A stretch of DNA of 64,000 nucleotides from Novosphingobium sp. (GCA_047605225.1 JASGGD010000002.1:7696-71695), one strand, 5' to 3'. Shown: positions 47,048 to 57,443, numbered from the stretch's first letter. Program-made: numbers and translations. Notes: generated from the sequence alone by a model not told the origin.

Positions 47048-47941
47048 TCAGGCGATACCAGCGCCGCCGGTCACGCCGAATACTTCCCCGGTAATGTAGC
47101 TGCCTTCCTGCGAAGCGAGCAGGACGTAAACCGGTGCGATCTCCACGGGCTGACCGGGGCGACCGAAACGACTGTGCTCGCCGAAATGGGCAACCTTTTC
47201 CTGAGGCTGTCCGCCGCTTGCCTGAAGCACGGTCCAAAAAGGTCCAGGCGCTACCACATTGGCTCTTATTCCCTTTTCCATCAGCTGCTTCGCCAACGCT
47301 TTGGTGTAGGCAACAATGCCTGCCTTGGTGGTCGCATAGTCAAGCAGGATGTCCGATGGCTCATAGGCCTGCACCGAGGCCGTGGTGATGACCGAGGCGC
47401 CGACCGGTAGATGGGGCACCGCCGCCTGCGTGATCCAGTGCAGCGCGTAGAGATTGGTCTTGATAGTCTTGTCAAAATCTTCAGACGTGACTTCGCCAAC
47501 ATTCTCACGCCACTGCTGACGCCCGGCATTAATGACAAGAATGTTGATCCCTCCAAGACCCTTCACCGCGTCCTCGACGAGCTGACGGCTCCAGGCCTCA
47601 TCGCTTACGTCGCCGGGCAGCGCTACGGCCTTGCGGCCTTCCTCCTCGATCAGGGCGAGAACTTCGCGCGCGTCTTCCTCCTCGCTCGGCAGATAGTCGA
47701 TAGCGACGTCCGCGCCCTCGCGCGCAAAGGCGATCGCAGCCGCACGGCCGATCCCGGAATCGCCACCAGTGACAAGCGCTTTGCGACCCTTGAGCTTGCC
47801 CGCGCCGCTGTAACTTTCCTCGCCGTGATCAGGTCGAGGCTCCAGCTTGCCTGCGATCCCTGGACGCGGCTGTGGCTGCTTGGGAAAGGGAGGCTTGGGG
47901 TACTGGGTGCGGGGGTCCTGCATCGTCAGCCGGTCGGGCAT
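47048..47941 (-). CDS. SDR-family oxidoreductase (YghA type), paralogue of 35265..36116
   Basis: 297 aa. [27 protein letters not shown]. The same N-terminal ..[20 protein letters not shown]-type extension as the other copy. Confidence 0.85.
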   Translation of the reverse strand: MPDRLTMQDPRTQYPKPPFPKQPQPRPGIAGKLEPRPDHGEESYSGAGKLKGRKALVTGGDSGIGRAAAIAFAREGADVAIDYLPSEEEDAREVLALIEEEGRKAVALPGDVSDEAWSRQLVEDAVKGLGGINILVINAGRQQWRENVGEVTSEDFDKTIKTNLYALHWITQAAVPHLPVGASVITTASVQAYEPSDILLDYATTKAGIVAYTKALAKQLMEKGIRANVVAPGPFWTVLQASGGQPQEKVAHFGEHSRFGRPGQPVEIAPVYVLLASQEGSYITGEVFGVTGGAGIA

Positions 47942-47991
47942 GATCGCTCCTTGGGTTTATGGGAAGCTGCGGGCGGGCGGGGCAAGGTTCG

Positions 47992-48558
47992 TCAGAGAGC
48001 GTTGGCCATGTTGAGGTGAGCGGTAACTGTGGGGACCAATTCGGTTGCGAATGTCTTGAGCGATGCCTGATCGCCACCCGCTGCGTAACCTTTGAGCGTA
48101 TCCAGCGTGGCCTGGTGAGCGCTGACCTGAACCTTGGCATAGGCGTCATCGAACGCGGCGCCTGTTTTACTCCGGAGGTCGGCAAGCTGTGCATCCTGAG
48201 CCGCGGTCATGCGCGGGGCCGGGGTGATCGGCGGAGTGGCCGCCGCCGCAGCTGCGGTCAGCTTCTTGGTAGATTCGGTATGGGCCTTGACCATTTGCTC
48301 GGCAAACCTCTTCACCTTGGCGGACTGGGCCTTTTCGGCTGCTAGCTTCGATGTCTCGATCTCGAACATGTCGCTTGCAGCCGCGATGTCGGCAAAGACC
48401 TGCGCCGGGCCTTCTGCCGAAGTCGCCCCGGTCTCGCTCATGGCATTTGCAGCCGGCGTGGAGGTCATTTCGGTGACAGGCCCAGCGTCCTTCTTGTTGC
48501 AGGCGCTGAGGCTGAGAACGGCCAGGGATGCTGCCATGAGCGCGTTGTGCTTGATCAC
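47992..48558 (-). CDS. DUF4142-like periplasmic lipoprotein
   Basis: ORF 47992..48633. GTG 48558 after GGAG gives MIKHNALMAASLAVLSLSAC (lipobox). Repeated ..FEIETSKLAAEKAQSAKVKRFAEQMVKAHT.. / ..AYAKVQVSAHQATLD.. four-helix pattern of DUF4142. Confidence 0.7.
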   Translation of the reverse strand: MIKHNALMAASLAVLSLSACNKKDAGPVTEMTSTPAANAMSETGATSAEGPAQVFADIAAASDMFEIETSKLAAEKAQSAKVKRFAEQMVKAHTESTKKLTAAAAAATPPITPAPRMTAAQDAQLADLRSKTGAAFDDAYAKVQVSAHQATLDTLKGYAAGGDQASLKTFATELVPTVTAHLNMANAL

Positions 48559-48597
48559 GATCTTTGCTCCGCGTTGAGTGGTGGGGAATGAGGGCTG

Positions 48598-48623
48598 AAC
48601 GATCGGCAGCACGAAGCTGTTCC
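48598..48623 (-). promoter_or_regulatory. EcfG-type (general stress) promoter, perfect match
   Basis: The minus strand reads GGAACagcttcgtgctgccgatCGTT (GGAAC-N17-CGTT). The -10 is 40 nt upstream of the GTG 48558 start of the DUF4142-SDR pair. Confidence 0.65.
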
Positions 48624-48701
48624 GCTCAACCATCGACGTGCTGACGCGTTTGAGGGTCTCACTATCGCGTTATCACCCCTGCTATCGTCGAGGAGAGGAT
48701 C

Positions 48702-49142
48702 ATGAGCATCTTCGGAAATATCCTGAACAAGGTCTTCCACCACGGGACCGAGAAGAAGACCGACCCTGCAGCCAATGTAAGCGCGCGCAAATCTAATCCG
48801 ACACCTTCGCCGACGCCCCCTCAGGCAGCGCCTACAGCCCCGGCGTCTTCACCGGCTGCCCCCGTTGCGCCGGCGCAACCTTCCGTGGACGTCGGCGCGG
48901 TGCTTGAAGCCATGGCATCGATGAAGGCGGACCATGGTGGCAATTACCGCACGTCTATTGTCGATCTTCTCAAGCTGCTCGATCTCGATTCAAGTCTCGC
49001 CGCGCGCAAGGAACTTGGTGAGGAGCTCGGGGTCCACGCGGGGGCGGACGGCACGGCGGAACAGAACATCGCGCTTCATCGTGCGGTCATGGACAAGCTC
49101 GCCAGCAACGGGGGCATCGTGTCGGATAGTTTGCGCGGTTGA
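48702..49142 (+). CDS. DUF3597-like protein
   Basis: 146 aa. MSIFGNILNKVF.., a Pro/Ala-rich linker, and C-terminal ..YRTSIVDLLKLLDLDSSLAARKELGEELG.., as I remember for DUF3597. Confidence 0.7.
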   Translation: MSIFGNILNKVFHHGTEKKTDPAANVSARKSNPTPSPTPPQAAPTAPASSPAAPVAPAQPSVDVGAVLEAMASMKADHGGNYRTSIVDLLKLLDLDSSLAARKELGEELGVHAGADGTAEQNIALHRAVMDKLASNGGIVSDSLRG

Positions 49143-49361
49143 ATACGGCCAGACGGAGCGGCGGTGATCTTATGCGCCGCCGCCTTCACTGACCCTGCTG
49201 GAGGCACTGGATAATCATCATCGATTTCGAACCTTTCCAGTCCCGCCGGGCCCATCGCCCAACATCAGCCGAGCCGCGCGTCATGCGCGCCTATTTTTAG
49301 ATTTTTTCACGCCGCGTAGAAGAAGTATTGGACGGCGTTCTTGACGCTGCCGCTGCTGCCC

Positions 49362-49398
49362 TTCAAAAACTACGAAGCTTCATCGAACTGAAGCTTCG
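49362..49398 (-). terminator. rho-independent terminator candidate for the monooxygenase gene
   Basis: CGAAGCTTC (49373-49381) / GAAGCTTCG (49390-49398) form a 9-bp stem with an 8-nt loop. On the minus strand this is followed by GTAGTTTTTG, 30 nt after the stop at 49428. Confidence 0.5.
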
Positions 49399-49427
49399 CG
49401 CACCATCAGGCAGTATGATCACCGGTG

Positions 49428-50612
49428 TCAGTCGTACCGTGAAAGATCGACCGCAACCCCGTCACCTCCAAACAGCTTGACCGCAGCGTTGCGGGCGGGC
49501 GGAAGGCTCGCCAGGCCAAGCGTACCATGCAGCAACCTGATGCCAAGCCTGGTTTTCGGATGCATGAGCCGCGGCGCGATTTTCGGAATTCCCTGGCCAT
49601 CTTCGACCATGGGCCGCATCTGCTCCTCGTAGGCGCTGAACGCCTCCGCAACCGTAGCGCTGCGGGCAAGTTCCTCGGCAAGCACATAGGCGCCTGTCAC
49701 GGCCAGCGTCGTGCCAACGCCTGCCAGCGGCGTAGCGCACCATGCCGCGTCACCGGTGAGGACGACGCGGCCTTTCGACCAGCGCGGCATCCGCACCTGT
49801 CGAAGCACATCGAAGTAGAAGTCGTCGGTGTAGTCCATGGCGGCCAGTACGCGTGGCGCCTCCCAGCCTGCGTCCGAGAAGCGATCACGCACGAATGCCT
49901 TCTGCCGATCGCTGTCCCACTCCTGTTCGCCGCCCGGTTCCTTCGAAAGGCACAGCATCGCACGCGTCGTCCCCTGATTGTCGGGACGCAGCGAAACGCT
50001 GCGCTTGCCCGGGGCGTTGAACCAGCGCCACATCTGGTCGTCGTCTGCCGTTCGCGGGATGGTGAAGTAAGCTATTATCATGTCCATCCAGCGCGGATCG
50101 TTCTCGTCCGGAAAAATGATATCGCGGGTGGTCGAACCGACCCCTTCTGCGATGATCACGGCATCGTATCGTGCGATAGTGCCACTCGCGAAGGTAACCG
50201 CTGCCGCCTGCTCTTCTTCAACGATCGCGACGATGTGGTCATCATAGCGAAACGCCACTTCGTTTCCGGTTGCGTCGTGGAGAACCCTGGCGAGGTCGCC
50301 GCGCAGGATTTCCATCTCGGCTGTCGGGCCATCGCCGTCGATTTCATCGGCATCGAACCTGGCAGCTTCGCTTCCGTCCTCGTTGACCCAGACCGTCCCT
50401 TGCTCGCCGGTTCCACAGTCGAGTGCAGCCTGTTCAATCCCGAGGCGGCGCAGGACTTCGCGGCCGACACCGCGGACATCGACGTTCTGGCCGCCGTCGC
50501 GGAACGACGGTGCCCGCTCGACCACCGTGACATCGGCGCCGTGACGGCCAAGCAGTGCTGCGACGGTGTTCCCGGCGATGCTGGCGCCGGTGACCAGGAT
50601 TTTTCGTGTCAT
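49428..50612 (-). CDS. FAD-dependent monooxygenase
   Basis: ORF 49428..50645; ATG 50612 lies 7 nt after GAGGAG. KILVTGASIAGNTVAALLGRHGADVTVVE is a dinucleotide-binding motif; GDAAWC is a late FAD motif. Confidence 0.8.
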   Translation of the reverse strand: MTRKILVTGASIAGNTVAALLGRHGADVTVVERAPSFRDGGQNVDVRGVGREVLRRLGIEQAALDCGTGEQGTVWVNEDGSEAARFDADEIDGDGPTAEMEILRGDLARVLHDATGNEVAFRYDDHIVAIVEEEQAAAVTFASGTIARYDAVIIAEGVGSTTRDIIFPDENDPRWMDMIIAYFTIPRTADDDQMWRWFNAPGKRSVSLRPDNQGTTRAMLCLSKEPGGEQEWDSDRQKAFVRDRFSDAGWEAPRVLAAMDYTDDFYFDVLRQVRMPRWSKGRVVLTGDAAWCATPLAGVGTTLAVTGAYVLAEELARSATVAEAFSAYEEQMRPMVEDGQGIPKIAPRLMHPKTRLGIRLLHGTLGLASLPPARNAAVKLFGGDGVAVDLSRYD

Positions 50613-50836
50613 GCCCATGCTCCTCGCCGAAATGAAGCCAGCCATCGTGCCGATGTTCCCGCTCGGAGCCGGAACCGTTGCTGACGCACAGGCTTTGCCG
50701 TTTTGATACTACCGCAGAAGACTGATGCTCGTGATTATGGGCAATGCCGTGCATTCCTCACAGGTGCAGACCTGCCAAGCCAGGGTAGCCGGGTTGTACT
50801 TTCCCGATCATCGAGGCGCGGGCTTGAGAGCGACAG

Positions 50837-51643
50837 ATGAAGATTGCCACTTACAATGTGAACGGCGTCAACGGGCGGCTCCCTGTGCTGCTGCAATGGC
50901 TGAAGCTCGCTGAGCCGGATATCGTGTGTTTGCAGGAATTGAAGGCGCCTGACGACCGCTTCCCGGAAGCAGCGATCCGCGAGCTCGGCTATGATGCCAT
51001 ATGGCAGGGACAAAAGAGCTGGAACGGTGTCGCGATCCTGAGCCGGATCGGAGAAATCCATGAAACACGCCGGGGATTGCCCGGCGAGAAAGACGATAGC
51101 CAGAGCCGATATATCGAAGCAGCCGTGGGGGGCGTGCTGATCGCCGGACTTTATCTCCCCAATGGCAATCCGCGCCCCGGACCCAGGTTCGATTACAAGC
51201 TCCGCTGGCTCGACCGGCTGCACGATCACCTCGCCGGAATGATCGGACTGGATGCACCGGTAGTCATAGCCGGTGACTTCAACGTCATACCGACAGATCT
51301 TGATGTCTATGCGCCCGATCGCTGGCGCGACGACGCGCTGTTTGCACCGGAAGTAAGAGCTGCCTACGCGCGCCTTTTCGAGCAGGGGTGGCTTGACGCC
51401 CTTCGCCACCTTCAGCCACACGAGCGCATCTATACTTTCTGGAAATATTGGCGCGGCTCGTTCGAGCGTAACGCTGGACTGCGTATCGATCATCTGCTGC
51501 TCAACGGACCGGTGGCCGCGCGATTGACCGGCTGCGAGGTCGATCGTCGTCCGCGTCGGTGGGAGAAGACCAGCGATCATGCGCCGGTCTGGATCGAACT
51601 CGCAGAAAAGCCTCTGAAACGCGGAAAGAAGATGACCAGATGA
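50837..51643 (+). CDS. xthA: exodeoxyribonuclease III
   Basis: 268 aa. MKIATYNVNGVNGRL..DIVCLQELK...WNGVAILSR...GDFNV...SDHAPVW are canonical EEP/ExoIII motifs. Confidence 0.9.
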   Translation: MKIATYNVNGVNGRLPVLLQWLKLAEPDIVCLQELKAPDDRFPEAAIRELGYDAIWQGQKSWNGVAILSRIGEIHETRRGLPGEKDDSQSRYIEAAVGGVLIAGLYLPNGNPRPGPRFDYKLRWLDRLHDHLAGMIGLDAPVVIAGDFNVIPTDLDVYAPDRWRDDALFAPEVRAAYARLFEQGWLDALRHLQPHERIYTFWKYWRGSFERNAGLRIDHLLLNGPVAARLTGCEVDRRPRRWEKTSDHAPVWIELAEKPLKRGKKMTR

Positions 51644-52101
51644 CAACCGATCGCTTCCATTTCAAAGCAAATGGCTGGGTGCCTAATAATCCCCGCCTCC
51701 CGGTATTAATCTGGAGAGCCGCGGTTGCGGGCGTAGGCGAAACACTTGCCGAAGAATTTGAACGTCTTTTCGCAGAGCGCGGTTGGCGGCCCGACTGGCG
51801 TGACGGGGTCTTTGGCTACCATCATTATCATTCGACCGCGCACGAGGCGCTCGGCGTTTTTTCGGGACGCGCTACGCTCGAATTAGGAGGCCCTGGCGGC
51901 GCGCGAGTCCCATTGGCGCCTGGGGATGCGCTGATGCTCCCTGCAGGAACCGGCCATCGCTGCATGAATGCGAGCGAGGATTTTCAGGTCGTGGGTGCTT
52001 ATCCTGACGGCCAGGACTGGGACATCTGCCGCGAAGCACCGGACCAAATGGCCATGGAGCGCATGCGTAGTCTGCCGGACCCGCCGCATAACCCCGTTTA
52101 G
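51640..52101 (+). CDS. cupin-domain protein
   Basis: ATG 51640 within ORF 51559..52101 overlaps the xthA stop (ATGA). YHHYHSTAHE...GDALMLPAGTGH is the two-motif cupin pattern. Confidence 0.7.
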   Translation: MTTDRFHFKANGWVPNNPRLPVLIWRAAVAGVGETLAEEFERLFAERGWRPDWRDGVFGYHHYHSTAHEALGVFSGRATLELGGPGGARVPLAPGDALMLPAGTGHRCMNASEDFQVVGAYPDGQDWDICREAPDQMAMERMRSLPDPPHNPV

Positions 52102-52131
52102 GATGCGAAGCCATGCCGGTGCCGCGACTGT

Positions 52132-52359
52132 TCACCCGCGACCAAGCTGCTCCTTGAGCGCATCAATCCGCTTCGATGCCTCAGCCTTGGTTATGTCCTG
52201 CGGGGGCAAGTCTTCGCCGGCCTCCTCGCTGAGTGTCGCGAGGTAAGATGCCTGCGCTCCAGTCATCGGCTCATCTCCGGAAACCCAGCTGTCCGGGTTC
52301 TTTTCGGCGTTCGACGCCGGGTGCTCATCAAGCTTCGGATTGTGCATCTGCTCCGTCAT
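52132..52359 (-). CDS. DUF3072-like small protein
   Basis: 75 aa. ..SGDEPMTGAQASYLATLSEEAGEDLP..LTKAEASKRIDALK.. matches my memory of DUF3072. Confidence 0.7.
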   Translation of the reverse strand: MTEQMHNPKLDEHPASNAEKNPDSWVSGDEPMTGAQASYLATLSEEAGEDLPPQDITKAEASKRIDALKEQLGRG

Positions 52360-52391
52360 AGGACATCCCTTGTTCTATATTCGTTCTTTTC

Positions 52392-52417
52392 AACGCCAAT
52401 TGTTCTGATCAGGTTCC
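52392..52417 (-). promoter_or_regulatory. EcfG-type (general stress) promoter, perfect match
   Basis: The minus strand reads GGAACctgatcagaacaattggCGTT (GGAAC-N17-CGTT). The -10 is 33 nt upstream of ATG 52359. Confidence 0.65.
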
Positions 52418-52596
52418 CGAGGGTCGAGACAGGTAAAAGTCGTTGTTTCGGCACCGGCGACGTGTGGGCTTCGTCCTTCGCTGCGGACCCAAGCTGTCAT
52501 AATCACGCGGGTTCTTGCTCTGACGCTTATACGCTGCTTGCTTCAGCAAACCGGCCCAATCCCGTTCTCGCGCCGGAAGCAAAGCGATGAGCGGAG

Positions 52597-52622
52597 TGAA
52601 CCATCACGCACTCGTAAGGTTA
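52597..52622 (+). promoter_or_regulatory. EcfG-like promoter candidate (weaker)
   Basis: TGAAC-N17-GTTA (tGAACcatcacgcactcgtaagGTTa), 36 nt upstream of ATG 52658. Confidence 0.35.
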
Positions 52623-52657
52623 GGGGAGCAGGCGATCTACACCAAGGAGCGTTTTGA

Positions 52658-53476
52658 ATGGCCTTTATCGAAGCAAAAGACGGCACCAGCCTTCACGTGA
52701 AGGACATGGGGCAAGGCAAGGCCGTGGTTCTCATTCATGGCTGGCCATTGACCGGAGACATGTTCGAGTACCAGACCCTGGCTCTTCTGGAAGCAGGGTA
52801 CCGGGTTATCACCTATGATCGGCGCGGATTTGGACAGTCCGGGCACGGTGCTTCCGGCTACGATTACGATACTTTCGCCGACGATCTCGCAGTGGTTCTT
52901 GACGAACTCGCCCTCGACAATGCCACCCTGGTCGGTTTCTCGATGGGCGGCGGCGAAATCGCGCGGTATCTGTCGCGTCATGGCACGGCCCGGATCGCAA
53001 GAGTGGTCCTGGTGAGCAGTGTAGTGCCCTGTCTGCTCAAGGGCGCCGATAATCCTGAGGGCGTTGAAGAGAGCGTTTTCGAAACTATGAAGGCGCAGAT
53101 CCGGGAAGACCGGTTCGCCTTTCTGCAGGACTTTGCAAAGCAGTTCTATGGGGTCGGGTTCATCTCCAGTCCTGTCAGCCAGGGTATCCTCGACTGGAAC
53201 TTCCTGCTGGGCGCGATGGCGAGCCCGAAGGCTACTGTCGATTGCATCGACGCATTCGGAAAGACCGATTTTCGCCCTGACCTTGCGTCCTTCACTGTTC
53301 CCACCCTCATTATCCATGGCACCGCTGACAAGACGGTTCCCATCGATCCTTCCGGCAAGGCTGCGGCGGCGGGTATCCCGAGCGCCGAGTTCATCGAATA
53401 CGATGGCGAACCGCACGGTCTGTTCGCAACGGCACCTACAAGGCTGAATGAAGACCTTATCAGGTTCATCGGCTGA
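52658..53476 (+). CDS. alpha/beta hydrolase (non-haem haloperoxidase/arylesterase type)
   Basis: 272 aa. VVLIHGWPL..., nucleophile elbow GFSMGGGE, HG..D late motif. AAGGAG RBS. Confidence 0.8.
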   Translation: MAFIEAKDGTSLHVKDMGQGKAVVLIHGWPLTGDMFEYQTLALLEAGYRVITYDRRGFGQSGHGASGYDYDTFADDLAVVLDELALDNATLVGFSMGGGEIARYLSRHGTARIARVVLVSSVVPCLLKGADNPEGVEESVFETMKAQIREDRFAFLQDFAKQFYGVGFISSPVSQGILDWNFLLGAMASPKATVDCIDAFGKTDFRPDLASFTVPTLIIHGTADKTVPIDPSGKAAAAGIPSAEFIEYDGEPHGLFATAPTRLNEDLIRFIG

Positions 53477-53742
53477 CGGGTCTGGGCCGGGCCGCGACTA
53501 CGTGACCCGGCCCGACGCAGAAGCCGACCCAGATCATACATCTGAGTAGGGTTTCGGTCCGTGCATTCAGCCGCAGGCTCCTCATTTCTGGCAGGTAGCC
53601 ACAATAGCCTAAATTCACACGGGCGGTCCTACCCGTGCAAGGCTTCGTCCTGCCGCCTGCTTATCGTCGGAACGAAGATCGATGCCGACGCTTGGACTGC
53701 CATGCCCCAACTCATCCCCGAGCAGCAAAGAACGGCCCAGGC

Positions 53743-54501
53743 ATGAAACACCTTGCCGAGCACTTCTGGAATTTCCGCGGCTCGTTCAAAGTCGCGAAGG
53801 TTTTCGACGTAGGGACGCACATGTCGCTGGTTCGCAAGGCCGACGGTCGTTTCATCTTGATCGATAGCTATGCGGTGTCGGGTGACGACCGCGAAGCCTT
53901 GATGAGCCTCACGGACAAAGGCTTTGCGATCGACACCATTATCAACGTGCACCCGTTTCATACCGTGCATTGCACAGCTGCGCATGAATTGGCACCGCAT
54001 GCGCGCCTGTTCGGAACCCGGCGCCATCGGAGTCAGGCGCCGGAGTTGCCGTGGGAAGATGAAGTCATAGAAGACCCGTCGACCCAGGCGCGGTTCGACG
54101 ATCTGGACTTCTCCGTACCGGTGGGTCTCGATCTGGTGACCGCCGACGACAGCGTCCATGCCTCTTCGGTTCTCGTGCGGCACCGTGACAGCGGAATTGT
54201 CCACGTCGACGATACCCTGATGGTCCTCGAAGCCCCCGGCATGCTGGGACATATCCTGCCACAGTCGCGCCTGCGCTTTCATCCGATGCTCGCCAAGGCG
54301 CTACAGCAGCGCTCAACGGCTGCCGACGATTTCGCGGCATGGGCCCAGGCCTTGGCGCGCGAATGGGCTACGACACGCACCGTCTGCGCTGCGCACTCAG
54401 CGGTGCGACAACTTGAACCCGGCGGATGGCATTCGGAGCTGATGCATGCGCTTTCAGCCATCCGCAAGACACTCGACCATCACCGTGCGCAGCACGGCTA
54501 A
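53743..54501 (+). CDS. hypothetical protein, DUF4336-like (possible MBL-fold)
   Basis: ATG 53743 within ORF 53635..54501. HFWNFRGSF....GTHMSLVRKADGRFILIDSY....IDTIINVHPFHTVH resembles the DUF4336 pattern from memory. Confidence 0.5.
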   Translation: MKHLAEHFWNFRGSFKVAKVFDVGTHMSLVRKADGRFILIDSYAVSGDDREALMSLTDKGFAIDTIINVHPFHTVHCTAAHELAPHARLFGTRRHRSQAPELPWEDEVIEDPSTQARFDDLDFSVPVGLDLVTADDSVHASSVLVRHRDSGIVHVDDTLMVLEAPGMLGHILPQSRLRFHPMLAKALQQRSTAADDFAAWAQALAREWATTRTVCAAHSAVRQLEPGGWHSELMHALSAIRKTLDHHRAQHG

Positions 54502-54541
54502 TGTGTTCCCTCATCCTCCCCTTACCGAAAGAATCCAAACC

Positions 54542-55930
54542 ATGAGCGACACGCAAATCCAAACGATCAATCCGCTGACCGAGGATGTCATCGCGACGTA
54601 TACACTTATGTCAGACGAGGAAGCTGCGGCGACCGTCTCGGCGTGTCACGAGGCGTTTCTCGAATGGCGTCTGTGCAGTCTTGAAGATCGGGCCAAGGTT
54701 ATCGCCGGCATTGGGCAGGCACTGCGCGATGCCAAGGAGGAGTTCGCGGCACTGATGACCCGCGAGGTCGGCAAGCTGATCGGTGACAGCCGCAGCGAAG
54801 TCGATCTCGTCGCTGCGATCTGCGACTATACTGCTAGGCAGGGCCCCACGGTCCTCGCCGACGAGGAGCGATCCGTCGAAGGCGCGACAGCTTATGTCGC
54901 TCATGCCCCTATCGGCGTCGTCTACGGCATCCAGCCCTGGAATTTTCCTGCCTATCAGGCGGTGCGCTATTCGATTGCCAGCCTGATGGCGGGTAACGGG
55001 GTGCTGCTGAAGCATGCCGAAAGCTGTACCGGCAGCGGTCTTTTCCTGCGCGATCTCTATGAGCGTGCGGGTCTGCCAAAGGGCCTGTTCGGTGTGCTGC
55101 TGATCTCTCACGAGCAGTCCGACACGGTGATCGAAAACGATCTCGTGCGCGCTGTCACCCTGACCGGCAGCGATAAGGCAGGGCGAGCGGTCGCCGCCAA
55201 GGCCGGCGCACTCGTCAAGAAGACCGTATTGGAGCTGGGATCGAACGACGCATACCTCGTCCTCGACGATGCAGACATCGACCTCGCCGTCGAGACATGC
55301 GTCGCCGGACGCATCTACAACAACGGCCAGACTTGCGTGAACGCCAAGCGGTTCATCGTTACCGACAGGAACCATGATGCCTTCGTAGAGGCTTACGTTG
55401 AGAAGTTCCGCGCCATTGCCATGGGCGATCCCACCGCCGAAAAGACCGCGCTTGGCCCGCTTGTCAGCAAGGCCCAGCGCGGCAAGCTGCACGAACAGGT
55501 CGAGGAGAGCGTGGCCAGGGGCGCGCGCGTGCTCGTGGGTGGTCAGGTTCCGGATCGAACCGGGTGGTTCTACCCCGCGACCGTCTTGGTCGACGTGGCA
55601 CCCGGGCAGCCTGCCTACGACGACGAATTGTTCGGTCCTGCCGCTTCGATCATTCGTGCCAAGGATGACGAGGACGCCATGCGGATCGCCAATGACAGCC
55701 GTTACGGCCTTGGCGGGGGCATCTTCAGCCGCGATGTCGAGCGTGCCCGGGAACTGGCTGCAAAGCACTTCGACACCGGCATGGTCTTCATCAACACCTT
55801 CGACGTCGCCTCTCCCGATCTCCCGTTCGGCGGGGTCAAGACATCCGGCTACGGCCGCGAGCACGGCCCTGAAGGGCTCAAGGAATTCGTGAACGTCAAG
55901 TCCATCAAGATCGGCAATAGCGCAAAGTGA
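54542..55930 (+). CDS. NAD(P)-dependent aldehyde (succinate-semialdehyde-type) dehydrogenase
   Basis: ATG 54542 within ORF 54446..55930. VLELGSNDA (catalytic Glu region), NNGQTCVNAKR (catalytic Cys), EELFGP. Confidence 0.85.
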   Translation: MSDTQIQTINPLTEDVIATYTLMSDEEAAATVSACHEAFLEWRLCSLEDRAKVIAGIGQALRDAKEEFAALMTREVGKLIGDSRSEVDLVAAICDYTARQGPTVLADEERSVEGATAYVAHAPIGVVYGIQPWNFPAYQAVRYSIASLMAGNGVLLKHAESCTGSGLFLRDLYERAGLPKGLFGVLLISHEQSDTVIENDLVRAVTLTGSDKAGRAVAAKAGALVKKTVLELGSNDAYLVLDDADIDLAVETCVAGRIYNNGQTCVNAKRFIVTDRNHDAFVEAYVEKFRAIAMGDPTAEKTALGPLVSKAQRGKLHEQVEESVARGARVLVGGQVPDRTGWFYPATVLVDVAPGQPAYDDELFGPAASIIRAKDDEDAMRIANDSRYGLGGGIFSRDVERARELAAKHFDTGMVFINTFDVASPDLPFGGVKTSGYGREHGPEGLKEFVNVKSIKIGNSAK

Positions 55931-55938
55931 GGGACATC

Positions 55939-57036
55939 ATGACCAGACATTCCAATCTGTTCGAACCATTGCGGCTCGGCGCGTTCGAGTTGCCCAACCG
56001 CGTCCTCATGGCACCGCTGACGCGCAGCCGGGCCCATGCGGACGGGACGCCCGGGGAGTTGGCCGTCACATATTATCGTCAGCGTGCTTCGGCGGGGCTC
56101 ATCATTTCCGAGGCGACCCAGATTTCGCCAATGGGTAAGGGGTACATAGACACGCCCGGCATCCACAACGCAGCCCATGTCGAAGGATGGAAACCCATCA
56201 TCGAGGCAGTCCATGCCGCTGGCGGGCGGATCTTCTGTCAGCTGTGGCATGTCGGGCGGATCAGCCACACATCCCTTCTGCCGGGCGGCGCGCAGCCGGT
56301 TTCCGCCAGCGCGGTCCGCGCCAAGGCCCAGACCTTCACAGCCGATGGCCTTACCGACACCTCCGAGCCGGTCGCGCTGGATGCCGACGGGATCGCAGCC
56401 ACCCTCGATGATTACGAGACTGCGGCGCGCTATGCCAAAGCGGCGGGGTTCGATGGCGTTGAAGTGCACTCAGCCAATGGCTACCTGCTCGACCAATTTC
56501 TGCAGGACGGCACCAACCAGCGCGAAGACAACTATGGCGGCTCGATCGAGAACCGCCAGCGTCTCCTGCGCGACGTGATGGAGCGCGTCCTTTCCGTGTT
56601 CCCTGCCGACCGCGTCGGAGTGCGGCTCTCCCCGCTTGGACAGGCGAACGACATGAGCGACAGCAACCCTGAAGCCACCTTCTCTTCCGCGTATAGCATG
56701 CTGACCGGTAACGGATTCGCCTATCTGCACGCGATCGAGCAGTTTACCGGGCAGGACACCGACGAGGATCAGCGCGCGCTACTGAAGCGACTGCGAACCC
56801 TCTATGACGGGGTCTACATCGGCAATGGCGATTACGATGCCGACCGCGCGAGCGCGGCGATTGCCGCACAAGAAGCTGATGCCATAAGTTTCGGACGGCC
56901 GTTTCTTGCCAACCCGGACCTTCCCGAGCGTTTGCGCATCGGAGCGGACCTGAACGCACCTGACAAGGATACGTTTTACGGAGGCGGTGCGGTGGGATAC
57001 ATCGACTACCCCGCGCTTTGCCCCACGTTAAGCTGA
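55939..57036 (+). CDS. Old Yellow Enzyme-family alkene reductase (NemA-like)
   Basis: LFEPLRLGAFELPNRVLMAPLTRSRA, ..QLWHVGR.., GFDGVEVHSANGYLLDQFL. Confidence 0.85.
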   Translation: MTRHSNLFEPLRLGAFELPNRVLMAPLTRSRAHADGTPGELAVTYYRQRASAGLIISEATQISPMGKGYIDTPGIHNAAHVEGWKPIIEAVHAAGGRIFCQLWHVGRISHTSLLPGGAQPVSASAVRAKAQTFTADGLTDTSEPVALDADGIAATLDDYETAARYAKAAGFDGVEVHSANGYLLDQFLQDGTNQREDNYGGSIENRQRLLRDVMERVLSVFPADRVGVRLSPLGQANDMSDSNPEATFSSAYSMLTGNGFAYLHAIEQFTGQDTDEDQRALLKRLRTLYDGVYIGNGDYDADRASAAIAAQEADAISFGRPFLANPDLPERLRIGADLNAPDKDTFYGGGAVGYIDYPALCPTLS

Positions 57037-57131
57037 TGGCCTGAACATGCTGGGCGGCAATAACGTAGCGTTGTTCATTAGGACCGGCTCTCCACGGTCG
57101 CTGTCCGTTGCCAAATATAAGGAGGATGACC

Positions 57132-57425
57132 ATGCCCAGAGGTGATAAGAGCAGCTACACTGACAAGCAGAAGCGCCGGGCCGAGCATATCGAAGAAAGC
57201 TACGAAAAGCGCGGCACTCCTAAGAAAGAAGCTGAAAGCCGGGCCTGGGCGACCGTCAACAAGGAAAGCGGCGGCGGCAAGAAGTCCGGCTCCGGTCGAG
57301 GCAAGCCGGAAAATCGCAGCGCATCTTCTCGCGGCGGCAAGGCTCACAAGTCAGGCTCTTCAGAGCAGCGATCGGCTGCCGCCCGCAAGGGCTGGGAGAC
57401 CCGGCGCCGCAACGGCAACGCATGA
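57132..57425 (+). CDS. small basic hydrophilic protein, paralogue of 37593..37889
   Basis: ATG 57132 after AAGGAGG. MPRGDKSSYTDKQKRRAEHIEESYEKRG..RAWATVNKESGGGKKSGSGRG..KGWETRRRNG. Confidence 0.75.
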   Translation: MPRGDKSSYTDKQKRRAEHIEESYEKRGTPKKEAESRAWATVNKESGGGKKSGSGRGKPENRSASSRGGKAHKSGSSEQRSAAARKGWETRRRNGNA

Positions 57426-57443
57426 CCGTCTCCTTTGTAGAAC

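Noticed and set aside
50664-50700. GGAAC...CGTT pair upstream of the monooxygenase/xthA gap
   Set aside because: The spacing is 23 nt, well outside the N16-17 window of EcfG-type promoters.
53484-53513. 8-bp GC inverted repeat (GGGCCGGG / CCCGGCCC) after the hydrolase gene
   Set aside because: 14-nt loop and no T tract. It could be a weak terminator but is not convincing.
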